From Christensenellaceae bacterium (GTDB lineage Bacteria; Bacillota; Clostridia; Christensenellales; Borkfalkiaceae): DNA of 47,157 nt. Shown here piece after piece: positions 34,575-43,249 of this stretch (the stretch's first letter is position 1; each line of letters starts with the position of its first letter). The position numbers were made by a program, and so were the translations under genes. Location: assembly GCA_016295005.1 (NCBI GenBank), contig JAEDMA010000001.1, positions 1-47,157 on the forward strand, written 5' to 3'. The notes under the pieces were generated by a model. That model searched no databases and was not told where the DNA came from. It saw only the letters and a program-made list of their open reading frames with translations.

Positions 34575-35176
34575 CTGCCTTCTTCCGCCTGACTTTTTCT
34601 GATATATAGCGGAACGAGTTTTTCCGCGTCGAAAGTTATTTCGTTTTTTTTGTTTTCTATCGCTTTTATAAAGCCGTCTACGATCGAAACGACTTCCGTT
34701 TCTACGCCGTCGATTTTTTTACCCGACAAAAAAGTATATTCTTCTTTAAGCGATAAAAGTTCGTCTTTGCCGATAAACTCGGGCGGAAAAACGATTTTGC
34801 CGTTTTCGTATCCGCAAACGTAATACGCTCCGTGTAAAGCGTCTATTAACGCCATTACTTTGCCTTGCCTATTATACGCTATCGTATCGAAAGAAGTTAC
34901 GGGAAGGCATGGCTTATTCGCCGCAAAACACAGTCCTTTAACGGTGGAAATCCCTATTCTTATTCCCGTAAACGAGCCTGCCCCGACGACACATGCGAAA
35001 AAGTCGAAATCGGAAAGTTTTGCGCCGATTTTTTCTAACGTTTCTTCCGTTTTCGGCATTAAACTTACCGAGTGCCGAACGCCGCAGTCGGGTTCGAACA
35101 CTATCTCCGTTTTATCTCCTTTTCTCGCGATTATCGTAAGATTATCGCCGCTCGTATCTATTGCGAGATAGTTCAT
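34571..35176 (-). CDS. tsaB: tRNA t6A37 biosynthesis protein TsaB
   Basis: MNYLAIDTSGDNLTI... and GAGSFTGIRIG are typical of YeaZ/TsaB. Confidence 0.9.
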   Translation of the reverse strand: MNYLAIDTSGDNLTIIARKGDKTEIVFEPDCGVRHSVSLMPKTEETLEKIGAKLSDFDFFACVVGAGSFTGIRIGISTVKGLCFAANKPCLPVTSFDTIAYNRQGKVMALIDALHGAYYVCGYENGKIVFPPEFIGKDELLSLKEEYTFLSGKKIDGVETEVVSIVDGFIKAIENKKNEITFDAEKLVPLYIRKSQAEEGR

Positions 35177-35568
35177 AAAATAATTTTCCTTTTATCGTTA
35201 TCGACCTTTTCTATCACGACGGTTTTCGCGTTTTCGGGCAGAACGCTTTCGATATTTTCCGGCCATTCGATTAAACATATATCGTCTTTGCCGAAGTAGT
35301 CGGTAAGCCCTAACGCTTCGGCGTCTTCACCCGAAGAAAGCCTGTAACAATCGTAATGATATATATAGTCGCCGTACACGTTAAGGTAAGCGTAGGTAGG
35401 GCTGGTTACGCCCGTAAACCCGAAGTATTCCGCCACCCCTTTGACGAATTCCGTTTTCCCCGCGCCGAGATCTCCTTTAAGAAGTACAACGTCCCCCGTT
35501 TTAAGGGTTTTTGCGTACTCTTTCGCCGCGTTTATCGTTTCTTTTTCGCTTTCGGTTATTATTTCCAT
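35173..35568 (-). CDS. tsaE: tRNA t6A37 biosynthesis ATPase TsaE
   Basis: P-loop GDLGAGKT and SPTY motif. 131 aa. Confidence 0.9.
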   Translation of the reverse strand: MEIITESEKETINAAKEYAKTLKTGDVVLLKGDLGAGKTEFVKGVAEYFGFTGVTSPTYAYLNVYGDYIYHYDCYRLSSGEDAEALGLTDYFGKDDICLIEWPENIESVLPENAKTVVIEKVDNDKRKIIL

Positions 35569-35600
35569 ATATATCCTATTTCTTCGGAAGTTTACGGCGG

Positions 35601-36149
35601 TTACACTTTATCTACAAGCCACCTGACCCTTTTATAAAGCAACACGCATATTATCGCGTTTCCGAAATACTTTATCAAGTTAAAAAATATTATATACCAA
35701 AACGTGTCGTGAAACAACTCTTTTACAGTCATAGGGAAAAATCCCAGACTTTTATATACGGGGAATATCACGAAACGGTTCAGCGGCAAACTTAAAAGAA
35801 CCGCCGACAAAGAAAATATTGCGAGAGATATTATTACCCACTTTAATCCTTTTTTGTATTTATACAAAATCGACGGGCACAATATAAACACGTTGGCTAA
35901 AACGAAGTTACACAGTTCCCCCGCGCCCATAGACGAGCTCTTTATAAGGCAAAGGCATTCCACGCACAAAATAATCGCTTCCGCACAGAGCGGACCTAAC
36001 ATAAACGCCGCTATCATTATTACCGCGAATGAAAAATCAAGTTTGAAAAAGTCGGTAAAAAGCGGTATTTCTATAAATGTAAGCGCGTACGATAGCGCCA
36101 CCGTTACTCCCGACAGAGCGATTCGTTTGGTTACGGACATTTTTTGCAT
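35601..36149 (-). CDS. ribU: ECF transporter S component, riboflavin-type (RibU-like)
   Basis: A protein with about 6 TM segments, directly downstream of an FMN riboswitch. I prefer the ATG at 36149, because the track's TTG at 36170 lies inside the terminator stem. Confidence 0.75.
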   Translation of the reverse strand: MQKMSVTKRIALSGVTVALSYALTFIEIPLFTDFFKLDFSFAVIMIAAFMLGPLCAEAIILCVECLCLIKSSSMGAGELCNFVLANVFILCPSILYKYKKGLKWVIISLAIFSLSAVLLSLPLNRFVIFPVYKSLGFFPMTVKELFHDTFWYIIFFNLIKYFGNAIICVLLYKRVRWLVDKV

Positions 36150-36309
36150 AATAAAACCCCTTCGATTCAAAGGGGCGCAAACACATTAAAAAAATTCTTT
36201 TCTCATCCGGACTTTAACCGTCGGTTACGGAATCACCGTATCAACCCCCGAAAGGGTTCGCAGACTTTACTGCCGATGGGGAATTTCACCCCGCCCCAAA
36301 GAATCGTTT
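36150..36309 (-). promoter_or_regulatory. FMN (RFN) riboswitch with its expression-platform terminator
   Basis: The minus strand reads TTCTTTGGGGCGGGGTGAAATTCCCCATCGGCAGTAAAGTCTGCGAACCC...GGGGTTGATACGGTGATTCCGTAACCGACGGTTAAAGTCCGGATGAGAAAAGAA, which matches the conserved RFN core. It is followed by CCCCTTTgaatcgAAGGGG and TTTTATT. The 3' arm (AAGGGG) doubles as the SD of ribU. Confidence 0.9.
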
Positions 36310-36311
36310 AT

Positions 36312-36340
36312 ATTTTATACCCATTTTTATCGTTTGTAAA
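36312..36340 (-). promoter_or_regulatory. Promoter of the FMN riboswitch-ribU unit
   Basis: The minus strand reads TTTACA (36335-36340), a 17-nt spacer, then TAAAAT (36312-36317). Confidence 0.55.
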
Positions 36341-36417
36341 GCGGATTATTACAAAATTAGTTTAAATAACGCAAATATTTTCACTTTTTATCCTTTTTCC
36401 CGCGTTATTATGCGTAT

Positions 36418-36717
36418 ATGAATAATCTTTTATCTACATTTCTTCCGGGATTAGGTTTAACAATTCTTCTTTTTGCCGCCTGTTTTATAGCGGTCGTCGG
36501 CGTAAAAACGGTGTTCTTTTCCGTTAAAGACATAGTTGCTCGGTTTAAGTCTGCCGAAACCCCCGCTAAAAAATCCGCCGAACCGATACAGCCCGCGATT
36601 AAACCTTCGCAGACCGCAAAACGCCGCGTTTATAAAAGAAAAATCCCACGCCCCGAACGGAGCATAGAAATAAACCCCAACGAGATAGACCGTATCTACG
36701 TCAGAAGGTCGTCTTAA
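36418..36717 (+). CDS. Hypothetical small membrane-anchored basic protein (99 aa)
   Basis: An N-terminal TM helix (GLGLTILLFAACFIAVVGV) and a Lys/Arg/Pro-rich tail. No clear SD, so the call is tentative. Confidence 0.4.
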   Translation: MNNLLSTFLPGLGLTILLFAACFIAVVGVKTVFFSVKDIVARFKSAETPAKKSAEPIQPAIKPSQTAKRRVYKRKIPRPERSIEINPNEIDRIYVRRSS

Positions 36718-36722
36718 AAACT

Positions 36723-37064
36723 TTAAAGTTTGGTTACGTTTTTATCGTCGCCCCAAAGTTTTTCCAGATGGTAGAATAAACGCGTTTCGTCGTTGAAAAC
36801 GTGTACTATAACGTCGCCGTAATCGAGCACCGCCCATCTGCCTTCTCTTACTCCTTCCCTTCTCGTAGGAGATACGCCGAGTTTTTCCGTTTCTTCTTCG
36901 ACGTGATCGATAAGCGAACGCGTATGCGTCATAGATCTTCCGCTTGCCACTACGAAATAGTCGGCTACGGAAGATTTTTCTTTTACGTCTATCATTACCA
37001 CGTCTTCTCCTTTGTGATCTTTAAGTACGCCGCATATCATTTCGGCAAATTCTTTCGATTCCAT
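36723..37064 (-). CDS. rsfS: Ribosome silencing factor RsfS
   Basis: Motifs DYFVVASG and VLDYGDVIVHVF are typical of RsfS/iojap. Conserved position after nadD/yqeK. Confidence 0.92.
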   Translation of the reverse strand: MESKEFAEMICGVLKDHKGEDVVMIDVKEKSSVADYFVVASGRSMTHTRSLIDHVEEETEKLGVSPTRREGVREGRWAVLDYGDVIVHVFNDETRLFYHLEKLWGDDKNVTKL

Positions 37065-37068
37065 TTTC

Positions 37069-38196
37069 TTACTTCCTTTTTATATAATAATCGTACGCTT
37101 CCAGCGTTTTTTCGTATATATATTGCCCTTTTTTCAACAGATGGGCGACTTCTTCTTTAAGACACTCCTTAAAACAGGTTTCGAAATCCCCTTCGTATAG
37201 TTTTTTGAGTTCTTCTACCCCTTCGTAATGCCTTCCGCTTTCTACCATATCGGCTACGAAAACGAGTTTTCCGAGCGTGGTCATATCCGCCCTGCCCGAC
37301 GTGTGATAGCGTATCGCGTCCAAGACTTCGGCATTTTTTACGTCTAAAACGGTTTCCGCGACGTACGCCCCTAAATACTGGTGTACTACGGGCGGCGGCA
37401 CGTTATCGGGCAAAGAAAATTCGGGAAAATCCGACGGATTCATATACTTCGCGCAGTCGTGAAGAAGGGTCGCCGCGGCGATTTTGTCTTCGGAAAGGGA
37501 TAACTCTTTGGCTTTTTTCATTGCCGCTACGTACACCCCCGCGGTATGTATAAGCCGCTTTTCGGGTAAAACTTTTTTTATAAAATCGGTGTATTTATCC
37601 CCTTTATACACGCCGTTTTTCATTATATAATCGTAAACGCCGTCGGGAAGAAGATTCCTTGAGTCTAACCCGAGCGCGCATTTTATACGGATTTCCGTGG
37701 AAGAAACGCTGTTTCCGCGGTACTTAAAGGTTATAAAATCGGTACCGAAGCGTTCCTTAAAAAATTTATGTTCGCCGTCGAAATCGGCGAAAAAATCCTC
37801 TCGGGAAAACACGGCGAGTTTTACCGATTTTAATATTCTTTCGGGGTATCTCCACGTTTTAAAGTCGGTCAACATATCTCCGCCGACTAAAAAATACAGT
37901 TCGACGTCGGGATAAATTTCTCTGAATTTTTCTACGGTAAGGTAAGTATAACTTTTACCGCCGTTTTTTATTTCGTAGTCGCTTATTTCTATATTTTCCG
38001 CGCCGGAAAAAGCGATTTTAAGCATATTCAGCCTGTCCTCGGGCGGCGCCGGCACGATATGTTTATGCGGCGGCATAAAAGTCGGCACTACGATGAGTTT
38101 ATCGAGATTTAATTCTTCTATCGCCTTTTTGCATAAGCTTACGTGTTCCCTGTGTACGGGGTTAAACGTACCGCCGAAAATCGCTATCCTTTTCAT
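37069..38196 (-). CDS. nadD: Fusion protein: nicotinate-nucleotide adenylyltransferase NadD (N-terminal) plus YqeK-type HD phosphohydrolase (C-terminal)
   Basis: The N-terminus IAIFGGTFNPVHREH (HxGH-type) with ISSTEIR-like VSSTEIR. The C-terminal half has HTAGV...LLHDCAKY, an HD domain as in YqeK. It is one 375-aa ORF. Confidence 0.85.
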   Translation of the reverse strand: MKRIAIFGGTFNPVHREHVSLCKKAIEELNLDKLIVVPTFMPPHKHIVPAPPEDRLNMLKIAFSGAENIEISDYEIKNGGKSYTYLTVEKFREIYPDVELYFLVGGDMLTDFKTWRYPERILKSVKLAVFSREDFFADFDGEHKFFKERFGTDFITFKYRGNSVSSTEIRIKCALGLDSRNLLPDGVYDYIMKNGVYKGDKYTDFIKKVLPEKRLIHTAGVYVAAMKKAKELSLSEDKIAAATLLHDCAKYMNPSDFPEFSLPDNVPPPVVHQYLGAYVAETVLDVKNAEVLDAIRYHTSGRADMTTLGKLVFVADMVESGRHYEGVEELKKLYEGDFETCFKECLKEEVAHLLKKGQYIYEKTLEAYDYYIKRK

Positions 38197-38289
38197 ATTT
38201 ACATTGTAACAAATTTCCGTCGGAAATTCAACGGTTTTTTCGTTTAAAAACTCACGAAAAAGGCAATAATTACCGCGGAGCAGAAAATT

Positions 38290-39072
38290 ATGAAAATATC
38301 TTTGACCAAAATTTTTACCGACACCGTCTTTTTGGCGTTCGTTTCTTTTATAATAACCTTCGCCGTCGCAAACTATTTCGTAAAACGTCCGTATTCTCTT
38401 CTCGTCGCTTTATGGGCGGCGTTCTTTTTCGGAATTCTCGGCAACCGCGTTATAGTTTTTTTCGAGAAAAAACGAGTTAAAAAGGAAAAGGAAAAAAGGG
38501 AAAAGGCAGCTCTTTTAGATTCGGTCACATTCGCGAAAGACGAAGAAAAAGAAAAGGTCTTTCTTTCGGCGTTAAAAAAGGATTACCCGTCGGTAAAACT
38601 TTCGCGCGGGGGTTATTTTATCCCCGAAAAAAACGTTCTGGTTTTTATCGAAGCGGGTTACTCGCCCCTTGACAAAGCGAAAACGGTAAAAATTTTCAAT
38701 CTTTTAAGGAAAGACGAAAAAGCCGCCCTGTATTACCGTTTCAAAGAAAGCGGCGCGGACGAATTCGCAGAAAGATTCAACGGTAAAATAATATTAAAAT
38801 CGGAAAACGACCTGATTTTTTTGATAGAAAAATCGGACGTTAAACTTTCGCCGCCCTTTTTAACTTTTCCCGAAAAGAGAAAGGCTTCTTTTAAAGAAAC
38901 GATGAAAAAAAAGAAAGCCGTAAAGTATTTGCTACTCGGCTTAACTTTTCTCGGATTAAGTTTTATTCTTCCGCTGAAACTTTATTACATAATTTTCGGC
39001 GGAGTTTTGTGTCTGTTTTCGCTTGTAACTTTCTTTTTCGGGTATTCGGAAAAAGAAAAGTCCGTTTCTTAA
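38290..39072 (+). CDS. Hypothetical membrane protein (2 N-terminal TM, a soluble central domain, 2 C-terminal TM)
   Basis: 260 aa with SD GGAG 9 nt upstream. It sits on the opposite strand inside the otherwise conserved yhbY-nadD-yqeK-rsfS block. No motif recognised. Confidence 0.6.
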   Translation: MKISLTKIFTDTVFLAFVSFIITFAVANYFVKRPYSLLVALWAAFFFGILGNRVIVFFEKKRVKKEKEKREKAALLDSVTFAKDEEKEKVFLSALKKDYPSVKLSRGGYFIPEKNVLVFIEAGYSPLDKAKTVKIFNLLRKDEKAALYYRFKESGADEFAERFNGKIILKSENDLIFLIEKSDVKLSPPFLTFPEKRKASFKETMKKKKAVKYLLLGLTFLGLSFILPLKLYYIIFGGVLCLFSLVTFFFGYSEKEKSVS

Positions 39073-39362
39073 AACTCGATATGTTCTACCTTTTCCGAAG
39101 AACTTCTTCTGTATAAAACGAGTTTCCTGCCCGTCGCGCAAACGAATTCGGCGTTAAGTTTTTCGGCGATAATAAATCCCGCTTCTTTCGCGTCCAACCC
39201 CGAATTTTCCAGAACGGTCACCTTTATAAGTTCTCTTTTTTCTATCGCCGAATCGAGCGATTCAATAAGATTTTCGTTTATCCCGAACTTTCCTACCTGC
39301 GTTACGGGTTCTATCGTCTGCGCCATGGAGCGAAGAGTCGCTCTCTGCTTGCTTGTCAACAT
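39069..39362 (-). CDS. yhbY: RNA-binding protein YhbY (CRM domain)
   Basis: MLTSKQRATLRSMAQTIEPVTQVGKFGINENLI... is typical of YhbY/YqeI. 97 aa. Confidence 0.9.
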   Translation of the reverse strand: MLTSKQRATLRSMAQTIEPVTQVGKFGINENLIESLDSAIEKRELIKVTVLENSGLDAKEAGFIIAEKLNAEFVCATGRKLVLYRRSSSEKVEHIEF

Positions 39363-39377
39363 AATTTCTCCTTGATT

Positions 39378-40640
39378 TTAATCTACGAATTCAAATTCTT
39401 CTCCGCCGATTATTACGGTGGATTTTTCCGTTGCGCCCATTTTGCGCAATTTATCTATAATTCCGCGGTCTTTAAGCACTTTCTGCAAGTACGCGAGAGA
39501 GTTCATATCGTCCATAACGACGTTCCTTTTCAGTACTTCTACGAGAGAGCCTACCACTACGAAGGTTTCCCCTTCTTTTAATATCTCGTATTCGAGTTTT
39601 TCGGGTTTTTTGTAAGTAAACTCTTCGTATTCGAGCGGTTTTACCGGCGGTAATTTTTCTAATACCTTTATTATTTCTTCTTTTAATTTATCTACGCCTT
39701 TTCCGTCTATCGCGGAGATGGGAACGATTTTTTTGTTTTTCCCGACCTTTTCTTTGAACGCTTTAAGGTTTTCTGCCGCGCCTTCTATATCGCATTTGTT
39801 GGCGACGATAATCTGTTTTAACTTAGCGACCTTTTTATCGTACTTTTTAAGTTCTTCGTTAATGGCTACGTAATCGGCGTAAGGATCTCTTCCTTCTATT
39901 CCCGACATATCAACGACGTGTATAAGCATTCTCGTCCTTTCGATATGCCTTAAAAATTCCGTGCCGAGTCCTAATCCTTCGGAAGCGCCTTCTATAAGCC
40001 CCGGGATATCAGCCACGGTGAACGTTTTATCGTACATTTCGCACACGCCGAGATTAGGCGATAAGGTGGTAAAGTGATAATCGGCAATCTTCGGACGCGC
40101 TTTCGTAAGTTTCCCCAGCAACGTGGATTTACCGACGTTCGGGAAGCCTACAAGACCTACGTCCGCAATGGTTTTAAGTTCTAAAATTACCCTTTTCGTT
40201 TCCGTTTTTTCGCCCGTCTGCGAAAAATGGGGGGCGTGCCTTCTTGCGTTTGTGAATCTCGCGTTTCCTTTTCCGCCGTCGCCGCCCGTTAAAACCACTT
40301 TTTTCTGTCCGTCTTCGAACATATCGGCTATAACGCTGCCCGTTTCTTTATCTTTTATAACGGTGCCGAGCGGAACTTTCAACACTACGTCCTTTCCCGC
40401 TTTGCCGAAGCAATTTTTCGGTTCGCCGTTCGCGCCTCTTTCTGCCACGTATTTGGTTTTATAATAATAATCGGCAAGGTTAGTCAAACTGCTGTCGGCA
40501 ACAAATATAACGTCGCCGCCCTTTCCGCCGTCGCCGCCGTCCGGACCGCCGCTTACTTTTCCTTTATAGTGTATAAAGGAAGTTATGCCGTTTCCGCCGT
40601 CCCCTGCTTTTATACTGATAATGGCTCTGTCTATAAACAT
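39378..40640 (-). CDS. obg: GTPase Obg/CgtA
   Basis: MFIDRAIISIKAGDGGNG is a glycine-rich Obg fold. The G-domain has GFPNVGKST and DIPGLIEGA, and a C-terminal OCT-like domain is present. Confidence 0.95.
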   Translation of the reverse strand: MFIDRAIISIKAGDGGNGITSFIHYKGKVSGGPDGGDGGKGGDVIFVADSSLTNLADYYYKTKYVAERGANGEPKNCFGKAGKDVVLKVPLGTVIKDKETGSVIADMFEDGQKKVVLTGGDGGKGNARFTNARRHAPHFSQTGEKTETKRVILELKTIADVGLVGFPNVGKSTLLGKLTKARPKIADYHFTTLSPNLGVCEMYDKTFTVADIPGLIEGASEGLGLGTEFLRHIERTRMLIHVVDMSGIEGRDPYADYVAINEELKKYDKKVAKLKQIIVANKCDIEGAAENLKAFKEKVGKNKKIVPISAIDGKGVDKLKEEIIKVLEKLPPVKPLEYEEFTYKKPEKLEYEILKEGETFVVVGSLVEVLKRNVVMDDMNSLAYLQKVLKDRGIIDKLRKMGATEKSTVIIGGEEFEFVD

Positions 40641-41270
40641 TTACTTTCTTTTAATCCTTTTTTCGCACAATTCTTTTATAGGACAGTTCTCGCAATCGGG
40701 TTTTTTTGCGCTGCAAAAACTTCTTCCTAAATATATCAGGTAATGGTGGGCTTTCGACCAGTCTTTTTTGTCGATAAGTTCCATAAGTTCTTTTTCCGTT
40801 TTAAGTACGTTTTCGCCCGAAGCAAGTCCGATTCTGTACGAAACCCTGAAAACGTGCGTATCTACCGCGATAGCGTCGCCCTTAAACGCCACCGAATACA
40901 CTACGTTGGCGGTTTTTCTGCCCACCCCCGAAAGGGTTTGCAAATCGGCTAAGTTATCGGGTACATTGCCGCCGAATTTTTCCTCTATGTCTTTCGTCGC
41001 GCTTAAAATATGTTCCGCTTTGGTTTTATAAAGTCCGCAGGAAAAAATGTATTTTTCCAACTCTTCCGCTTTCAGCGTAAGCATTTTTTCGGGTTCGCCG
41101 TATAGCGCGAAAAGTTTTTCCGTTACTTTATTTACCCGTTCGTCGGTGCATTGCGCCGACAATATTACCGCTACAAGCAGTTGATAAGGCGTTTCGAATT
41201 TAAGAGCGGGCTTGTCCGAAAATACTTCGGATAGTATTTCTACTACCCTTTTTGCTTTGGTTTTATTCAT
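40641..41270 (-). CDS. nth: Endonuclease III
   Basis: An HhH-GPD region (LSGVGRKTANVV) and a 4Fe-4S cluster loop CSAKKPDCENCPIKELC. I prefer the ATG at 41270. Confidence 0.92.
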   Translation of the reverse strand: MNKTKAKRVVEILSEVFSDKPALKFETPYQLLVAVILSAQCTDERVNKVTEKLFALYGEPEKMLTLKAEELEKYIFSCGLYKTKAEHILSATKDIEEKFGGNVPDNLADLQTLSGVGRKTANVVYSVAFKGDAIAVDTHVFRVSYRIGLASGENVLKTEKELMELIDKKDWSKAHHYLIYLGRSFCSAKKPDCENCPIKELCEKRIKRK

Positions 41271-41333
41271 ACTGAATAATATTTTAACACAAGACCGCCG
41301 CCTTTTACAAGCGTTTTTTGCCAAGGCAAAAAT

Positions 41334-41591
41334 TTATATGAGTCGAACCGACTTTCTGCCGCCGTATTCTTTTACCTTAAACGCCCCCGCGAACGAAGAA
41401 AAATTAACTTTTCTTAAAAGGCGGACGGCGAAATAATAGTTGTTTTCCGATACCTTAACGGACAATCCGCAACCCACGCCCGCTTCTTTCGGTGTGTTCA
41501 CGAGATTATTAGGAATTCCCCTTTCCGTTAAAATCGCCGAAAATTTTACCGAGTGTTCTCTCGACCGAAACGCTATAACCACGTATCCCAT
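41334..41591 (-). CDS. DUF3343 domain protein (putative S/Se carrier-like)
   Basis: MGYVVIAFRSREHSVKFSAILTERGIPNNLVNTPKEAGVGCGLSVKV matches the DUF3343 pattern. The ATG at 41591 has SD AAGGAG. Confidence 0.65.
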   Translation of the reverse strand: MGYVVIAFRSREHSVKFSAILTERGIPNNLVNTPKEAGVGCGLSVKVSENNYYFAVRLLRKVNFSSFAGAFKVKEYGGRKSVRLI

Positions 41592-41762
41592 TGTATTTCT
41601 CCTTTGCATAAATTTACCGTACAAACTATATATATCTATATGGAAGAACCGTTTCCGATTCCTCATATTAAAAACGATAAAGTTAAAACCGCAATCGATT
41701 TTAACTTCTACTGATATATATTATTTATTTAGCCGTCGCTTTTGTTACGGAAAGGAGCATTT

Positions 41763-42887
41763 ATGATTTATCTCGACAACGCCGCCACGGGCGGTTTCAA
41801 ACCGCGCGCGGTTTACGAATCTTTGGAAACCGTAGCCAAATATCTTTCGGCAAACCCCGGAAGAAGCGGTCACCGTCTGGCGATTACCGGCGCTAAAATA
41901 GTTTCCGCCGCAAGAGAAAAAGCGGCGGAAACTTTCGGTTGTTCGCCCGACAGAGTTATTTTCACCAAAAACTGCACCGAAGCGCTTAATATCGCCATTT
42001 TGGGAAGCGTAACGCGCGGTTGCCACGTTATAACCACCGTTTACGAACACAATTCCGTTCTTCGCCCCTTAACCCGTTTACAAAACATAGGGCTTATAAC
42101 TTTCGACGCGGTCGCGCCCGAAAAAGACAAACCGCTTGCCGCGGCGATAGAAGAAAAAATAAAAGAAAACACTACTCTTATAGTTTTAAACGCCGTATCG
42201 AACGTTACGGGCGAAGAAACCGACGTTACGGGAATAGGAAACATCGCCGAAAAACACGGAATTAAATTTATAGTAGACGGCGCGCAGGCGGGCGGGCATA
42301 TACCCGTAAATCTTAAACGACAAAAAATTTCCGCTCTCGCGCTTGCGGGTCACAAAGGTCTTTACGGCGTTATGGGGTCGGGATTACTTCTCATCGACGA
42401 CGATACCGAAATCACCCCCGTGTTCACGGGCGGAACAGGAACGGAATCTTTTAATTTAAATCAGCCTTTAAGTTACCCCGAAAGGCTGGAAAGCGGAACG
42501 CTCAATCTCCCCGCGATAGCGGCGCTAAAGGAGGGAATAGACTACGCGGCGAAGAACGTTGTAAACTTCGGCGACGCTCTTTTTTCCGCCACGGAAAAGG
42601 TTATAACCGGGTTATCGGAAATCGAAAAGGTTATTTGCTATTCCGAGCCTAACCGCGCGGGGATAGTTTCTTTCGCGATAAGAAACATGCCGAGCGCGGA
42701 AGTCGCCGACGTATTAAACGACGAATACGACGTTGCCGTGCGGTCGGGGCTTCATTGCGCGCCGCTTATGCACAAATTTTTACATACCGAAAAAGAAGGC
42801 CTCGTCAGAGCGAGTTTATCGGTTCAGAACAGCGCGGGCGAAATTAAAAGTTTTATTTCCGCCGTACAGAAAATTTCCAAGTATTAA
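41763..42887 (+). CDS. Class V aminotransferase-fold cysteine desulfurase family protein
   Basis: MIYLDNAATG..., the PLP lysine in AGHKGLYG, and the active-site Cys in RSGLHCAP. The ATG at 41763 has SD AAGGAG. Confidence 0.85.
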   Translation: MIYLDNAATGGFKPRAVYESLETVAKYLSANPGRSGHRLAITGAKIVSAAREKAAETFGCSPDRVIFTKNCTEALNIAILGSVTRGCHVITTVYEHNSVLRPLTRLQNIGLITFDAVAPEKDKPLAAAIEEKIKENTTLIVLNAVSNVTGEETDVTGIGNIAEKHGIKFIVDGAQAGGHIPVNLKRQKISALALAGHKGLYGVMGSGLLLIDDDTEITPVFTGGTGTESFNLNQPLSYPERLESGTLNLPAIAALKEGIDYAAKNVVNFGDALFSATEKVITGLSEIEKVICYSEPNRAGIVSFAIRNMPSAEVADVLNDEYDVAVRSGLHCAPLMHKFLHTEKEGLVRASLSVQNSAGEIKSFISAVQKISKY

Positions 42888-43177
42888 ATCTTTTTAAGTT
42901 GGTCTATGACTTTATCGAGAATTTTTTTCTTTTTATCGTCTAAAAAAGGAGCGATCATCTGCCCGAAGTTGTCTATTTCGGCGTTAGAAAGAGTGCCGTT
43001 TCTTTTACCTTTTTCCGCTTCGCGATAAATTGCAGAAAGCAATTCTCCCGAAGATTTTCCGTCGAATCTGGTTGCGAGCGAGTTTACAAGTTTAAATAAA
43101 TCGGTATTTTCGTCGATTTTGCCGTTATCGAAACCGCCGTCGCCGCCGTTTTTTATGTATTCGTTGAAATCTTCCAT
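42884..43177 (-). CDS. Hypothetical small helical protein (97 aa)
   Basis: Strong SD (AAAGGAG). No motif recognised. Confidence 0.6.
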   Translation of the reverse strand: MEDFNEYIKNGGDGGFDNGKIDENTDLFKLVNSLATRFDGKSSGELLSAIYREAEKGKRNGTLSNAEIDNFGQMIAPFLDDKKKKILDKVIDQLKKI

Positions 43178-43249
43178 TTTAATCTCCTTTTTATATTGTT
43201 TTCAATTTTATTGTATGAAACTCATATAATATAATGTTAGCGGAAAAAT

